Of a DNA stretch of 64,000 nt, positions 1 through 8,943 are shown one piece after another; the first letter of the stretch is position 1, and the number at the start of each line of letters is the position of its first letter. The position numbers and the translations under genes are program-made. The notes under the pieces were generated by a model, which saw only the letters and a list, made by a program, of their open reading frames with translations, had not been told where the DNA came from and did no database searches. The stretch covers positions 7,084 to 71,083 of the forward strand of contig JAKAVM010000052.1 of NCBI GenBank assembly GCA_021827485.1, given 5' to 3'. This DNA comes from Actinomycetes bacterium. GTDB taxonomy: Bacteria; Actinomycetota; Acidimicrobiia; Acidimicrobiales; JAKAVM01.

Positions 1-561
1 CTCAAGAACTTGATTCAAACCAGTGTTTGTAACCCATAAGTTGCCTGAAGAGTCAAACGAAATTGATGTAGGTCCAGCTAAACCAGTGTTAGCACCACTA
101 ATAGTCACGTGAGGAGTAGGGCCTGGTACGCCGGTAGTTAGATTGGCTAGTTGGCTGGGGGTGAACTCCTCTATGGCATTGCCTACGTGAGCCACTTCCC
201 AGAGATCCCCATTTCTATCGAATGCTAATCCTTGTGGCCCATTCAAACTGGTTCCATTGCCATAGACTGACTCGGATGGGGTTAGGGAACCACCGCTCGA
301 AAGTTGACCAGTTGAGAACTCACCAATGGAATTGGCCGCGAATCCAGAAGCAAAAAGGGGCTGGCTTGGCGCGGCTTGAGCTACCACTACGTGCCCAGCC
401 TCGAGAGCAATCGTAGAACCTGTAGACATCCCCAAGAACAGAGCAAGGCTGCCTGCTAGCATTCGGCGCCTAGCTCGCTTGACTTGGAATGAAGCGCTCA
501 CTACTCCATCAGATTCATTATTTCTTGGCTTCCCACCATGGGACACCTCGGGCCCGCACAT
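1..561 (-). CDS. NHL-repeat secreted protein, N-terminal part (gene is open at the left window edge)
   Basis: Hand translation of the minus strand gives MCGPEV..RRMLAGSLALFLGMSTGSTIALEAGHVVVAQA (signal-peptide-like). This is followed by NHL-type blades GLAFDRNGDLWEV and SISFDSSGNLWVTN. There is no stop down to position 1. An alternative ATG lies at 462. The ORF is absent from the track because it runs off the edge. Confidence 0.6.
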   Translation of the reverse strand, partial: MCGPEVSHGGKPRNNESDGVVSASFQVKRARRRMLAGSLALFLGMSTGSTIALEAGHVVVAQAAPSQPLFASGFAANSIGEFSTGQLSSGGSLTPSESVYGNGTSLNGPQGLAFDRNGDLWEVAHVGNAIEEFTPSQLANLTTGVPGPTPHVTISGANTGLAGPTSISFDSSGNLWVTNTGLNQVLE

Positions 562-712
562 TAGAGATCCTTTCCGCAACTTAATATTGATCTTGGATTA
601 GTATAACGATGTCACAGGCTCGAACGAATCGAAAACATACTCAATTTACTACCTAATTTAGCTACTCAATTACTTAGATTTTCCAAGTTACATACTTAGA
701 AAATTAGGAGAA

Positions 713-794
713 TTCATCCCTGCCCCGGATCTTGCAAGGCGGAACCCGGAACGAAGGTGGAGACTTCATCCCTGCCCCGGATCTTGCGAGGCGG
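713..794. repeat. 31-bp direct repeat x2 (ttcatccctgccccggatcttgc[a/g]aggcgga) with a 51-bp period. The second copy forms the left arm of a 10-bp inverted repeat, cctgccccgg (770-779) / ccggggcagg (809-818).
   Basis: Read directly in the intergenic region between two minus-strand secreted-protein genes. Confidence 0.8.
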
Positions 795-875
795 AGACCA
801 GAAAGAAGCCGGGGCAGGAAACTTGAGCTTTATTCCAGCGTATTCATATCAGCACTAGTACTAAAGTGGTGAACC

Positions 876-3800
876 TTAGCCAACGCCCCCTACGGCCGAC
901 CCATCAAATGGTGCATCGCCATAGCTGAACACACCTCCGTCGGCACCGATAAGCCAGTATCCTTTGCCGTCCGGGGTTGGAACAATGGAAATAATCGGAG
1001 CATGCAGTGCTATATTCTCAGCACCACCGAATAGGCCAGCGCTTCCAAAAGCCGATACGCTTCCGTTGGCCGATACCAGCCAGTAGCCAGTTCCACTCGG
1101 CGTTGAAGCTATTGCAACTGTTGGTGACGGTGAAGCGCTCTGTGACGAATGACCGGCGTTGGAACCGTAGAAGCTGGCAGCGCCAAAGGCGAATACTCCA
1201 CCATCGGAACCAACCAACCAATATCCTTGGCCGTTAGGGGTTGAAGTAATTGCTACAACTGGGGCACTCAAAGGCTTTCCTGACATAGATCCATAAAAAC
1301 CTGCGCCGCCAAAGGCGAATACTCCACCATCGGAACCAACCAACCAATATCCTTGGCCGTTAGGAGCAAGGGCGTTGCCAACTATAGGTGCAGCTGGGGT
1401 AATGCCTTTGGAGACTAGTGACCCGTCATTGCCGACGGATCCATAAGTAGCGACTCCTCCAGCTGGGTTGTTGACGATATAGCCAGGGCGTGGAGTTGTC
1501 GGTGGGACAGTAGTCGGTGGTGTGGTGGGAGGGGTCGTTGTTGGAGGGGTCGTTGTTGGAGGAGTAGTGGTGGACGTGGTTGAAGAAGCCACGCCTATTG
1601 ACAGTGCCTTAGTTGCAACAAGCGGGGGCGTCGAAGAATCAGAGACCGACACAGTAAAGCTGGACGTTCCTGCACTGGTAGGTGTCCCCGAAATCACACC
1701 ACCCGACGACAGGGCAAGTCCTGCCGGAAGAGACCCAGAGGCAATGGTCCACGTATAAGGTGTAATACCTCCCGTAACGATAAGATTAGCAGTGTATGAC
1801 GTCCCGACTGTTGCCCCGGGAAAAGATGAACTGACAATGGTAAGTTGACCGGAAGTAAACGTAAACTTATCACCCGAGTTAGCGACTGAAGACCCTCCCA
1901 CTCCTACGACCAATACATCTACAGTTGCTGGTTGCTCTGGCGGGGTAACAGCAATTATTTCTGTTGACGATACAATTTGGAAACTACTAGCTTGCACAGA
2001 TCCAAAGTCAACATAGGCTATTCCCCCAAGATTCTTACCCGTAATGGTCACCGAAGTACCTCCAGCAGTTGGACCTGAACCAGGGGAAACAGAGCTTACC
2101 GCAGGCGGATTAGAGGGTGGTGGTGGTGCCAGATAAGTGTATTGGTCTGCAGACGAGACAGCACTAGTAACACCGGCGTTGGTTACAGTGATATCAACCG
2201 CACCGGGAGTAGTAGCTGCCGGAGCGATCGCCGTTATCTTGGTAGAGGAGTTCACGGTGTAGCTCACTGCATCACTGGTGCCGAACTTCACGCCAGCTAC
2301 ACCGCTGGTTCCAGTAAAGCCGGTTCCGTTGATCACAACCGAGGCACCTGCTCCCATTGGCCCCGAAGTTGGACTTACCGATGTTACAGTCGGTGGCGAT
2401 ACACTAAGGGTAGTAACTCCGGTAGCGCCTAGATAGTAGGGGTCACCAGAATAAGTTGCCACAATGCTTTCATTGCTACCTGGCGGAGCATTCGAGGCAG
2501 TACACGATCCAAAGCCAGCGCTCAATGCAGCGGTAGTGCAAAGAGTGGTTCCACCGGCCGAGAAGGTAACCGTTCCCGCTGGCGCCGTCTCTCCAAGAGT
2601 TGCGAGGATTGCAGCCGTGTCAGGTGTACCAGCAACAGTTGCGCTGTAGGTAACCGACCCCCCATAACTTGTCGAAGTCGGACTTACCGATGGAGTGACT
2701 GAAGGTGCCCCATTATAAGTTAGAAACTCGTTGCCCGGTGAAGCACTATCTACTCCTAAACAGTATTGGGAGCCATCGTTCGGACACGACACTGACACAG
2801 GCGCACCACTTGAGTCGAGCTTGGTTGGCCCTGCCCAAGTTGTTCCGTTATAAAAGAAGGCATTGCCCGATGTATCGACAGCCTCACAAAAAGTCGTCGA
2901 AGAACACGACACTGACGCAAATGCATTTGTGCCATCAATTGGATTGGTCCAGCTATTGGGCGAAGTGCCAGTGCCCCATGAAACCCCGTTCCATATCACT
3001 GCCTCGCCACTAAGTGATACTGCTGCGCAGAAATTGGAGCTGACACAAGATACATATGGAGTAGTCCCAGTCGTGCCTGTTGAGACTTGAGTCCAAGTTG
3101 ACGTAGAAGCAGATATAGTCCCGCTTGTTTCCCAAGTACGGCCGAAACTTGAAGAATCACCAGCCATGCAAAAAGCGTCGCTTGCGCAAGATACAGTCTT
3201 CTGACCGAGCCCGCCCCCTACCTGATTAGTGCCCTTGGTCCAAAGCCCTCCAGGGGGGAAACCGTTGTACTCATACCAGTTACCACTATTGTCAAAACCA
3301 ACACATTGCAGTCCAGTGCCGGGTTCGCACCCTACCGACTCCATACTATCTCCCGATGGGACTGTTATAGTAGCTAAATTCCCAGCAATCCCTGTTGTCC
3401 AGTAATAAGAATAAGCAGAAGTTGATCCATTCCCATTGGTTACTGCAGCGCAGTAGGGGGTAGAGATACAAGAAACTGAGTTTACGGAAATACCCCCTAT
3501 CCCAGTGGCATCCACAGGCGTTGGAGAAAGAACAGACGATGTCCCACCAGTGGATACAACTGGACAGTAGTTGTAAGCGCTACACGAGACAGAAGTAGCA
3601 GGACTTGCGTAAGAACCCACTCCTCCACTGACAAAGTTAGATACCTCGCCACTATATATGAATGCATTTCCCACATCATCCACGGCTACGCAGAAACTGG
3701 CCGATGCACATGAAACCCCATCCAAATAGTTCGAACCGTCGATATTGGCCCCGGTATGTGGCGCACTCCAAACAGTCCCGTTGAAGTTTGACTCGTAGCC

Positions 3801-4730
3801 ACCTCCAACTGCAACGCAGTCGCTCGAAGTCGGACACGATATATAGGCCGCATGACCAATTATCGGGTTCGGACTATATGCACCCCACGACCCACTATAG
3901 CCGTACGCATTTCCAGCCCCATCAGTTGCGCCACACATTGTTGTAGTGGGACACGAAATCGATCCGAGGCCAAAGGAACTCGCACTTGCAATTGTCGCCG
4001 GAGCAGACCAGGTCGTTCCAGTCAAGATTGCACCTTTGCCACTAGAATCATCCGTTGCACAGAAGGTAGTAGTAGGACATGATATCGCACTTACTCCGAG
4101 GTCAACTGGATTTTGACTGGCCCAAGGCGATGCGTTGGCCCCAGTTGTAGCAGTAAGCCACACCTTCCCGTTGTACTCATATAGGTTACCACTTGCAGCT
4201 GCACCAACACAGAAAGTTACAGAGGGACACGATACACCGGTAAAATAATCACCACCGCTCAGTAGCGGATTGGTCCACGTAGTAAGAGTTGTCCAGTTCG
4301 TGCCGTTATAGGCATAAGCGTCGCGATTAGAGTCGACCGCCATACAGAAACTAGCCGATGTGCACGATATCGACATGATTTCATTGCCTGGCGAAATGGA
4401 AGTGGATGCCCAACCAACTCCGTTATAAATTACGATGTTTCCATTAGCATCTCCTACGGCGCAGAAACTTACCATCGGGCACGATACGGTCTCAAAAGTA
4501 GCACCCGGGTCAGCAACACTTGAGGGACTTGAGGCCCACACCGGGACAACTGTTGAAGCCGACACAGCTTGTGCGGGTGATACAGGCCCGATTGATGCTT
4601 CAATCGCCCCACCTATCAACCCGACTACGCCCGAGAGGCTTAGCATTAAGGCGACAATTATCCCTGTTAACTTTTTTGAAAAATAACTCTTGAAAAACTT
4701 CATTTGGTCTCCACCTTCTACTAATTGCAT
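876..4730 (-). CDS. Giant secreted surface protein. Domains in order: signal/TM, 14 Cys-pair blades, Ig-like domain, 2 IPT/TIG, He_PIG-type Ig domain, Pro/Thr linker, 5 C-terminal GYW repeats.
   Basis: 1284-aa ORF. The likely true start is MKFFKSYF at 4703, behind aaggtggag. There are fourteen motifs of the type (V/I)SCxSxxFCxAVDxxGNAxxYNGxxW. IPT/TIG-like segments are SVSPTSGPMGAGASVVINGTGFTG and VSSVSPGSGPTAGGTSVTITGKNLGG. The He_PIG-like segment is GITPYTWTIASGSLPAGLALSSGGVISGTPT. The linker is TTPPTTTPPTTTPPTTPPTTVPPTTP, followed by GQGYWLVGSDGGVFAFG repeats. Confidence 0.8.
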   Translation of the reverse strand: MQLVEGGDQMKFFKSYFSKKLTGIIVALMLSLSGVVGLIGGAIEASIGPVSPAQAVSASTVVPVWASSPSSVADPGATFETVSCPMVSFCAVGDANGNIVIYNGVGWASTSISPGNEIMSISCTSASFCMAVDSNRDAYAYNGTNWTTLTTWTNPLLSGGDYFTGVSCPSVTFCVGAAASGNLYEYNGKVWLTATTGANASPWASQNPVDLGVSAISCPTTTFCATDDSSGKGAILTGTTWSAPATIASASSFGLGSISCPTTTMCGATDGAGNAYGYSGSWGAYSPNPIIGHAAYISCPTSSDCVAVGGGYESNFNGTVWSAPHTGANIDGSNYLDGVSCASASFCVAVDDVGNAFIYSGEVSNFVSGGVGSYASPATSVSCSAYNYCPVVSTGGTSSVLSPTPVDATGIGGISVNSVSCISTPYCAAVTNGNGSTSAYSYYWTTGIAGNLATITVPSGDSMESVGCEPGTGLQCVGFDNSGNWYEYNGFPPGGLWTKGTNQVGGGLGQKTVSCASDAFCMAGDSSSFGRTWETSGTISASTSTWTQVSTGTTGTTPYVSCVSSNFCAAVSLSGEAVIWNGVSWGTGTSPNSWTNPIDGTNAFASVSCSSTTFCEAVDTSGNAFFYNGTTWAGPTKLDSSGAPVSVSCPNDGSQYCLGVDSASPGNEFLTYNGAPSVTPSVSPTSTSYGGSVTYSATVAGTPDTAAILATLGETAPAGTVTFSAGGTTLCTTAALSAGFGSCTASNAPPGSNESIVATYSGDPYYLGATGVTTLSVSPPTVTSVSPTSGPMGAGASVVINGTGFTGTSGVAGVKFGTSDAVSYTVNSSTKITAIAPAATTPGAVDITVTNAGVTSAVSSADQYTYLAPPPPSNPPAVSSVSPGSGPTAGGTSVTITGKNLGGIAYVDFGSVQASSFQIVSSTEIIAVTPPEQPATVDVLVVGVGGSSVANSGDKFTFTSGQLTIVSSSFPGATVGTSYTANLIVTGGITPYTWTIASGSLPAGLALSSGGVISGTPTSAGTSSFTVSVSDSSTPPLVATKALSIGVASSTTSTTTPPTTTPPTTTPPTTPPTTVPPTTPRPGYIVNNPAGGVATYGSVGNDGSLVSKGITPAAPIVGNALAPNGQGYWLVGSDGGVFAFGGAGFYGSMSGKPLSAPVVAITSTPNGQGYWLVGSDGGVFAFGAASFYGSNAGHSSQSASPSPTVAIASTPSGTGYWLVSANGSVSAFGSAGLFGGAENIALHAPIISIVPTPDGKGYWLIGADGGVFSYGDAPFDGSAVGGVG
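1181..1364. repeat. 126-bp-period coding tandem repeat (two GYW blades) containing a 58-bp perfectly identical block
   Basis: The block cgccaaaggcgaatactccaccatcggaaccaaccaaccaatatccttggccgttagg occurs at 1181-1238 and again at 1307-1364. Confidence 0.9.
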
Positions 4731-4850
4731 GAATAGATGGAGATATTGTGGCTGACTAAACGTTAGTTAATCGTTAGTGCACCCTTTACCAGGCTTTTTG
4801 TCTTCAACCCGAGGGCAGTTAGATACGTACCGCCGATAGTTGGGAGATTA

Positions 4851-7718
4851 CTATGAGAGATCAAACTCAATTGAGATGCCCGCCTCAAAGCCAGATCTAT
4901 AGGCCTCATCCCATTCTTGGCTTGAAACAGATTTCTTACCCTGCGATATATATAACGCAATTATATCTCTATAGCCCACAGGGGCCCTTACCCCGGACGT
5001 TCTAGCGATAGACTCGGCAGCCCCAAACAGTGCTGCCGCAATTTTCCCACGCGACTGCCCCGCCAAGTTACAAGCAAGCGCCAATAAGGAGTGATGCGAT
5101 TGAAGTATGTCGCCAATTGAACGCTGAAATTCGAGCGCTCGTAGAAGATAATGGCTTCCCTCTTCTAAATTTCCGCAGATACCTTCAGCAATCCCAACTT
5201 GGCTCTGGGAAATTGCGATACCTCGTCGATCCCCTAACATGGTGAATATCTCTAAAGCGCCTAACGCCGACTGCTTTGCTGATTCAATGTCACCACCCAA
5301 AACTTCCACGCTGGAACGCAAGTGCTCAACTCGCGCAACGCTCCAGTAATCCTCATTCTTGGCAAATAGATCTCTCGCCTCGGCAAGCAAGTTACTAGCT
5401 TCATGTCCAACTATCGTATTTCTTGAGCCACCCGCAGCAGTCCCCATGAACACCTTATGAAACATAACGCTAGCCCTACCAACCTCATCATTAATAACTG
5501 AATATATTATATCTGCCTCAGCTATATATTCTGAGGCTCTAGCACCCTCGTCCTGAACTATTGCCATGAATGCAACCCCTAATAGTGCACTGCCCACAAG
5601 ACGAAGGGTCGACTCTTGATCAGCACTTGTCTTGGCCAACTTGATCGCGCCTTCCAAACACTCTCTTGCCTCACCAAGCATACCTCGCAAACTCCAAAAC
5701 CATACCAACGAAGTAGAAAGCTCAAGTGCAAGCCGTGCGTTATTTGTAGCCAGGGCAAATTGGAACGCAGCCCGTAAATTTTCCAATTCGGTAGTTGCCC
5801 GCAAGATCCATTCAGCCTGGCTCGGCCCGCGGAGTTTAGAATCTACAACTTTGGCAAACTTCAGCATCGTAATTGCATGGTGAGAAGATGCATCATGATA
5901 CTCAAGACACCGTTCTAACTCATCACGAGCAAATGCGTGAACTGAGTCAAGGACCACTAATCTGGTCCCTCCAATACTAGAAATTCGTTCAACAAGCCCA
6001 GATTCTATTAAACGCAGCGCTGCATCTAACCCCGCCCTCTCTCCGAGTTCAGCTACTGAGATCAAGGCAGATAACGGCGCACCTCCATCAAATACCCCAA
6101 GTGATCGTAATAATTTCTGTGCCTCACTATCGAGGAGTTGATAGCTCCAATCCATGGAGGCCCTTAGCGTACGTTGCCTAAGCGGAAGATCACTTGCGGA
6201 AGAACTAACATCGTCTAATACACAAGTGATACTGGGAAGAAGCTCGCTAGGGGGAAGTAGTCGGCAACGAGCAGCAGCTAGCTCAATCGAAAGTGGAAGA
6301 CCTTCAAGTAAAGCACATATTTGGGCAATTGACTCTAGATCATCAAGGCCTTCATTTGCCCCCCAAGCAACTGCGCGCGAACAAAACAACTGTATAGCTG
6401 GGTTTTCCCTCAGCTCACGGTCATCGGCCTCATTTCTCGGTGGCACAAACCTCTCTAGCGTGACAACTGTCTCAGCCCGCAGATTTACCCGGTTGCGACT
6501 AGTAACTAGAATACGAAGCATTGGGCATCTGTTGATCAGCTCAGAAATGGCCAATGCCGCATCGGGGAGCAGCTGCTCTAAGTTATCCAGGACTAACAAA
6601 ATCTCTCTGTCCCCGAGGCATGAGCACAGCTCGTCGATTGGGGAACGCAATCCCACAAGAGCCAGCCCAAGAGATAAAGATATATTGCTAGCAAGCAAGT
6701 GTGCTTGCTCCAAATCTGACAAAGCAATGAATGCAGCACTCATTTCAAGTTCGTTCGCAAGTCGGTAAGCCACCTCTTGAGCTAACCTGGTCTTACCGAC
6801 ACCTCCAGGACCAGTCAAACTAACTAACCGGACATTATCACTAGTCAGTAGTCCAATAATCTTGCTCAACTCGTCTTGCCTACCAAAAAGTTGATTTGCT
6901 GGTTTAAATACCAAAGTGGGGACATCCTGGTGCTCGTCTTGCAATCCAGTGGCAATTTTCTCTGCAAGATCAAGAGTCTCTCTTTGCGGTGTAGCCCCCA
7001 TCTCAATTTCAAGACGATCACGATAAATCCGATACTCAGTAAGTGCCTGACGGGAATCACCTGAGTCACTTAGAACTTCAATCAGCTTGCGAAGTCTACT
7101 TTCATCCCAAGGATCTAATTCCCATAGTCGATAGGCAAGGTGATTAGCCAACTCCCAGCAATAACTATCGCTATAAGAGTCTATGAGTCTACCCATTAGA
7201 CCAGACACCAACCTAGCCAGTCTAGTTCTTTCTTGGCTTACGAACTCTTCAAAACCCAGAGCACCGCGAAGTTCAAGCCCGTCCAATAATGGACCTCGAT
7301 ACAATTCAATGCACTGGCTCGCAGTCCCAAGATCCAACTCTTCTGAAGTTTGGATACCTATAAGCGAGTCGAACTCAATTTTGTCGATTACGAGTTGAGG
7401 TCCGAAGTTTGTCTCACCTTGGTGTGCTAGAGAGATTTCATTCCGGCCAGATTCCAGGTGATCTCCTATCAACTCACGAAGCTCCACTAGGGCCAATCTG
7501 AGATTTGCCAGTCCTCTGGATTCATCCATGTCACTCCACAAAAGAGTTGCCAACTTGAGCCTACGAATTGGATTAGGAAAATGAAACGCAATGTAGGCAA
7601 GGGCTGCTTTAGCTTTAGCTGATCTGATCAGAACCGGTTCGGCATCGAGCGCTACTTCAAACTCGCCAAACAACTTGATTTCCAAGCTTTTTGGCTGGAC
7701 TTTAGCCGGATTCTTCAC
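4851..7718 (-). CDS. SARP/AfsR-family transcriptional regulator (winged-helix + BTAD, NB-ARC-type ATPase, TPR)
   Basis: 955-aa ORF. The N-terminus LEIKLFGEFEVALDAEPV..AKAALAYIAF and LTEYRIYRDRLEIEMGATP are BTAD-like. The Walker A motif is LTGPGGVGKTRLA. The C-terminal half is helical-repeat. Confidence 0.8.
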   Translation of the reverse strand: MKNPAKVQPKSLEIKLFGEFEVALDAEPVLIRSAKAKAALAYIAFHFPNPIRRLKLATLLWSDMDESRGLANLRLALVELRELIGDHLESGRNEISLAHQGETNFGPQLVIDKIEFDSLIGIQTSEELDLGTASQCIELYRGPLLDGLELRGALGFEEFVSQERTRLARLVSGLMGRLIDSYSDSYCWELANHLAYRLWELDPWDESRLRKLIEVLSDSGDSRQALTEYRIYRDRLEIEMGATPQRETLDLAEKIATGLQDEHQDVPTLVFKPANQLFGRQDELSKIIGLLTSDNVRLVSLTGPGGVGKTRLAQEVAYRLANELEMSAAFIALSDLEQAHLLASNISLSLGLALVGLRSPIDELCSCLGDREILLVLDNLEQLLPDAALAISELINRCPMLRILVTSRNRVNLRAETVVTLERFVPPRNEADDRELRENPAIQLFCSRAVAWGANEGLDDLESIAQICALLEGLPLSIELAAARCRLLPPSELLPSITCVLDDVSSSASDLPLRQRTLRASMDWSYQLLDSEAQKLLRSLGVFDGGAPLSALISVAELGERAGLDAALRLIESGLVERISSIGGTRLVVLDSVHAFARDELERCLEYHDASSHHAITMLKFAKVVDSKLRGPSQAEWILRATTELENLRAAFQFALATNNARLALELSTSLVWFWSLRGMLGEARECLEGAIKLAKTSADQESTLRLVGSALLGVAFMAIVQDEGARASEYIAEADIIYSVINDEVGRASVMFHKVFMGTAAGGSRNTIVGHEASNLLAEARDLFAKNEDYWSVARVEHLRSSVEVLGGDIESAKQSALGALEIFTMLGDRRGIAISQSQVGIAEGICGNLEEGSHYLLRALEFQRSIGDILQSHHSLLALACNLAGQSRGKIAAALFGAAESIARTSGVRAPVGYRDIIALYISQGKKSVSSQEWDEAYRSGFEAGISIEFDLS

Positions 7719-7787
7719 GTTGTAATTATACTCCTAACGTGAAGTAGACAAGTAGGTATTCCATTGCTCACAGCGGCCCTGGCGCCG

Positions 7788-8303
7788 TCATCCGTACATG
7801 GCTTCTAGCAGTTCCAACGTCGCTGACGGTACTGGTTGATCCGGAAGAAATCCGCGTACAATGTCGATACCATCTTCAACGCTGTTCAGCCCGCATATCC
7901 GATACAAAAGCCGGATGTCATCTTGATCTTGTTCGGCCCTCGCTGCCAACAGCTTCAATGCTAGAACATAAGGGGCAGATCCGACAGATACCTCTAGTGA
8001 GCCAGACTCGTACACTACGTTGGCGTTGGGATCAGAGCCGATGAGGTAACTTCGAACCGCGTCATTGAGCCAATCGTTAGGAAGTCCCATTCTGCGTGCC
8101 ACCGCACGAGCCGCTTCGTACACCACAGCGGAATTGTCGAAAATACAATCAACGTCTCGGGTGCGTCTGTCACAATTGTAGGCAAGCGCAAGAGCAGCGC
8201 CCCCAACCACAAATACGTCGACGCGTACCCTCCGCCGAGCTAGCTCAGACGAAAGCTTCTCGAAAGCAAGGAGGATCGTCTCACGATCAAGTAATTCAGA
8301 CAC
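7788..8303 (-). CDS. Small nucleotidyltransferase-fold protein (DUF6036/AbiEii-like minimal NTase)
   Basis: 171 aa. VFVVGGAALALAY..RRTRDVDCIF matches the hGG(S/A)...DxD NTase signature, and LPNDWLNDAV is typical of this family. It overlaps the upstream ORF by 8 nt. Confidence 0.55.
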   Translation of the reverse strand: MSELLDRETILLAFEKLSSELARRRVRVDVFVVGGAALALAYNCDRRTRDVDCIFDNSAVVYEAARAVARRMGLPNDWLNDAVRSYLIGSDPNANVVYESGSLEVSVGSAPYVLALKLLAARAEQDQDDIRLLYRICGLNSVEDGIDIVRGFLPDQPVPSATLELLEAMYG

Positions 8304-8769
8304 GGTCGAAGGCTTCAGCTGTAACCAATACCCCGTGCCGCTTCAGGGAAATAGGGCTTTCGCGTAGTGCTCGCGCACGCAACGCCGGGAGGTTTGCTGG
8401 AAACCACCACGGTTTGGCAAATCGAGTCTCCTCACAAGTCCAAGGTGGAGCCTCGACACGGTATTGCGCGCACAGGTGTTCCACAAGACCTGCAATAGCT
8501 GCGTCATAGTTAGATAACCCAACCAGAGGGGGCGGATCATTTGTCATCCATTGGCGGGCGCTCGGTGACGAACCTCGAAAATCGTCGGTGAACTGAAGGA
8601 GCCACCGCCACGCCGTAGCACAATCACTAGCGCAGTCACCATTGGCAATACATGCTTGGATTCGCCTGGCCACATCGGCAATCTGCATAGCGCCTCGGCG
8701 GCGATTGCTACCGAATTCAGTACTCATCATCAACGATTCTATACTATCGTTACTAATGTTGAAACCCAC
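8296..8769 (-). CDS. Hypothetical protein, presumed partner of the NTase-fold protein
   Basis: 157-aa ORF, translationally coupled to 7788..8303 through an 8-nt overlap. I recognise no motif. Confidence 0.45.
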   Translation of the reverse strand: MGFNISNDSIESLMMSTEFGSNRRRGAMQIADVARRIQACIANGDCASDCATAWRWLLQFTDDFRGSSPSARQWMTNDPPPLVGLSNYDAAIAGLVEHLCAQYRVEAPPWTCEETRFAKPWWFPANLPALRARALRESPISLKRHGVLVTAEAFDRV

Positions 8770-8845
8770 GGCTCAAGGAAGCTCACTGAGCAGTGAGGCG
8801 TTACTTGAATGAACTCATGCGTTTCTGTGACATACTCCTTTGTTC

Positions 8846-8877
8846 TAATCCTTTATTCTAGTAATCCTTTATTCTAG
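8846..8877. repeat. Perfect 16-bp tandem repeat taatcctttattctag x2
   Basis: Read directly between the two divergent TA-like modules. Confidence 0.9.
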
Positions 8878-8909
8878 GTTCGCATGAACGGAATTTAGAG
8901 TGGATCCGC

Positions 8910-8937
8910 TTGCAAAACATGATGTTTATGTTAAACT
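8910..8937 (+). promoter_or_regulatory. Putative promoter TTGCAA-16 nt-TAAACT with an embedded 13-bp palindrome AAACATGATGTTT (8915-8927), a candidate autoregulatory operator
   Basis: The hexamers and palindrome were read directly. The -10-like hexamer ends 6 nt before the ATG at 8944, which implies a near-leaderless transcript. Confidence 0.3.
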
Positions 8938-8943
8938 TTAACT

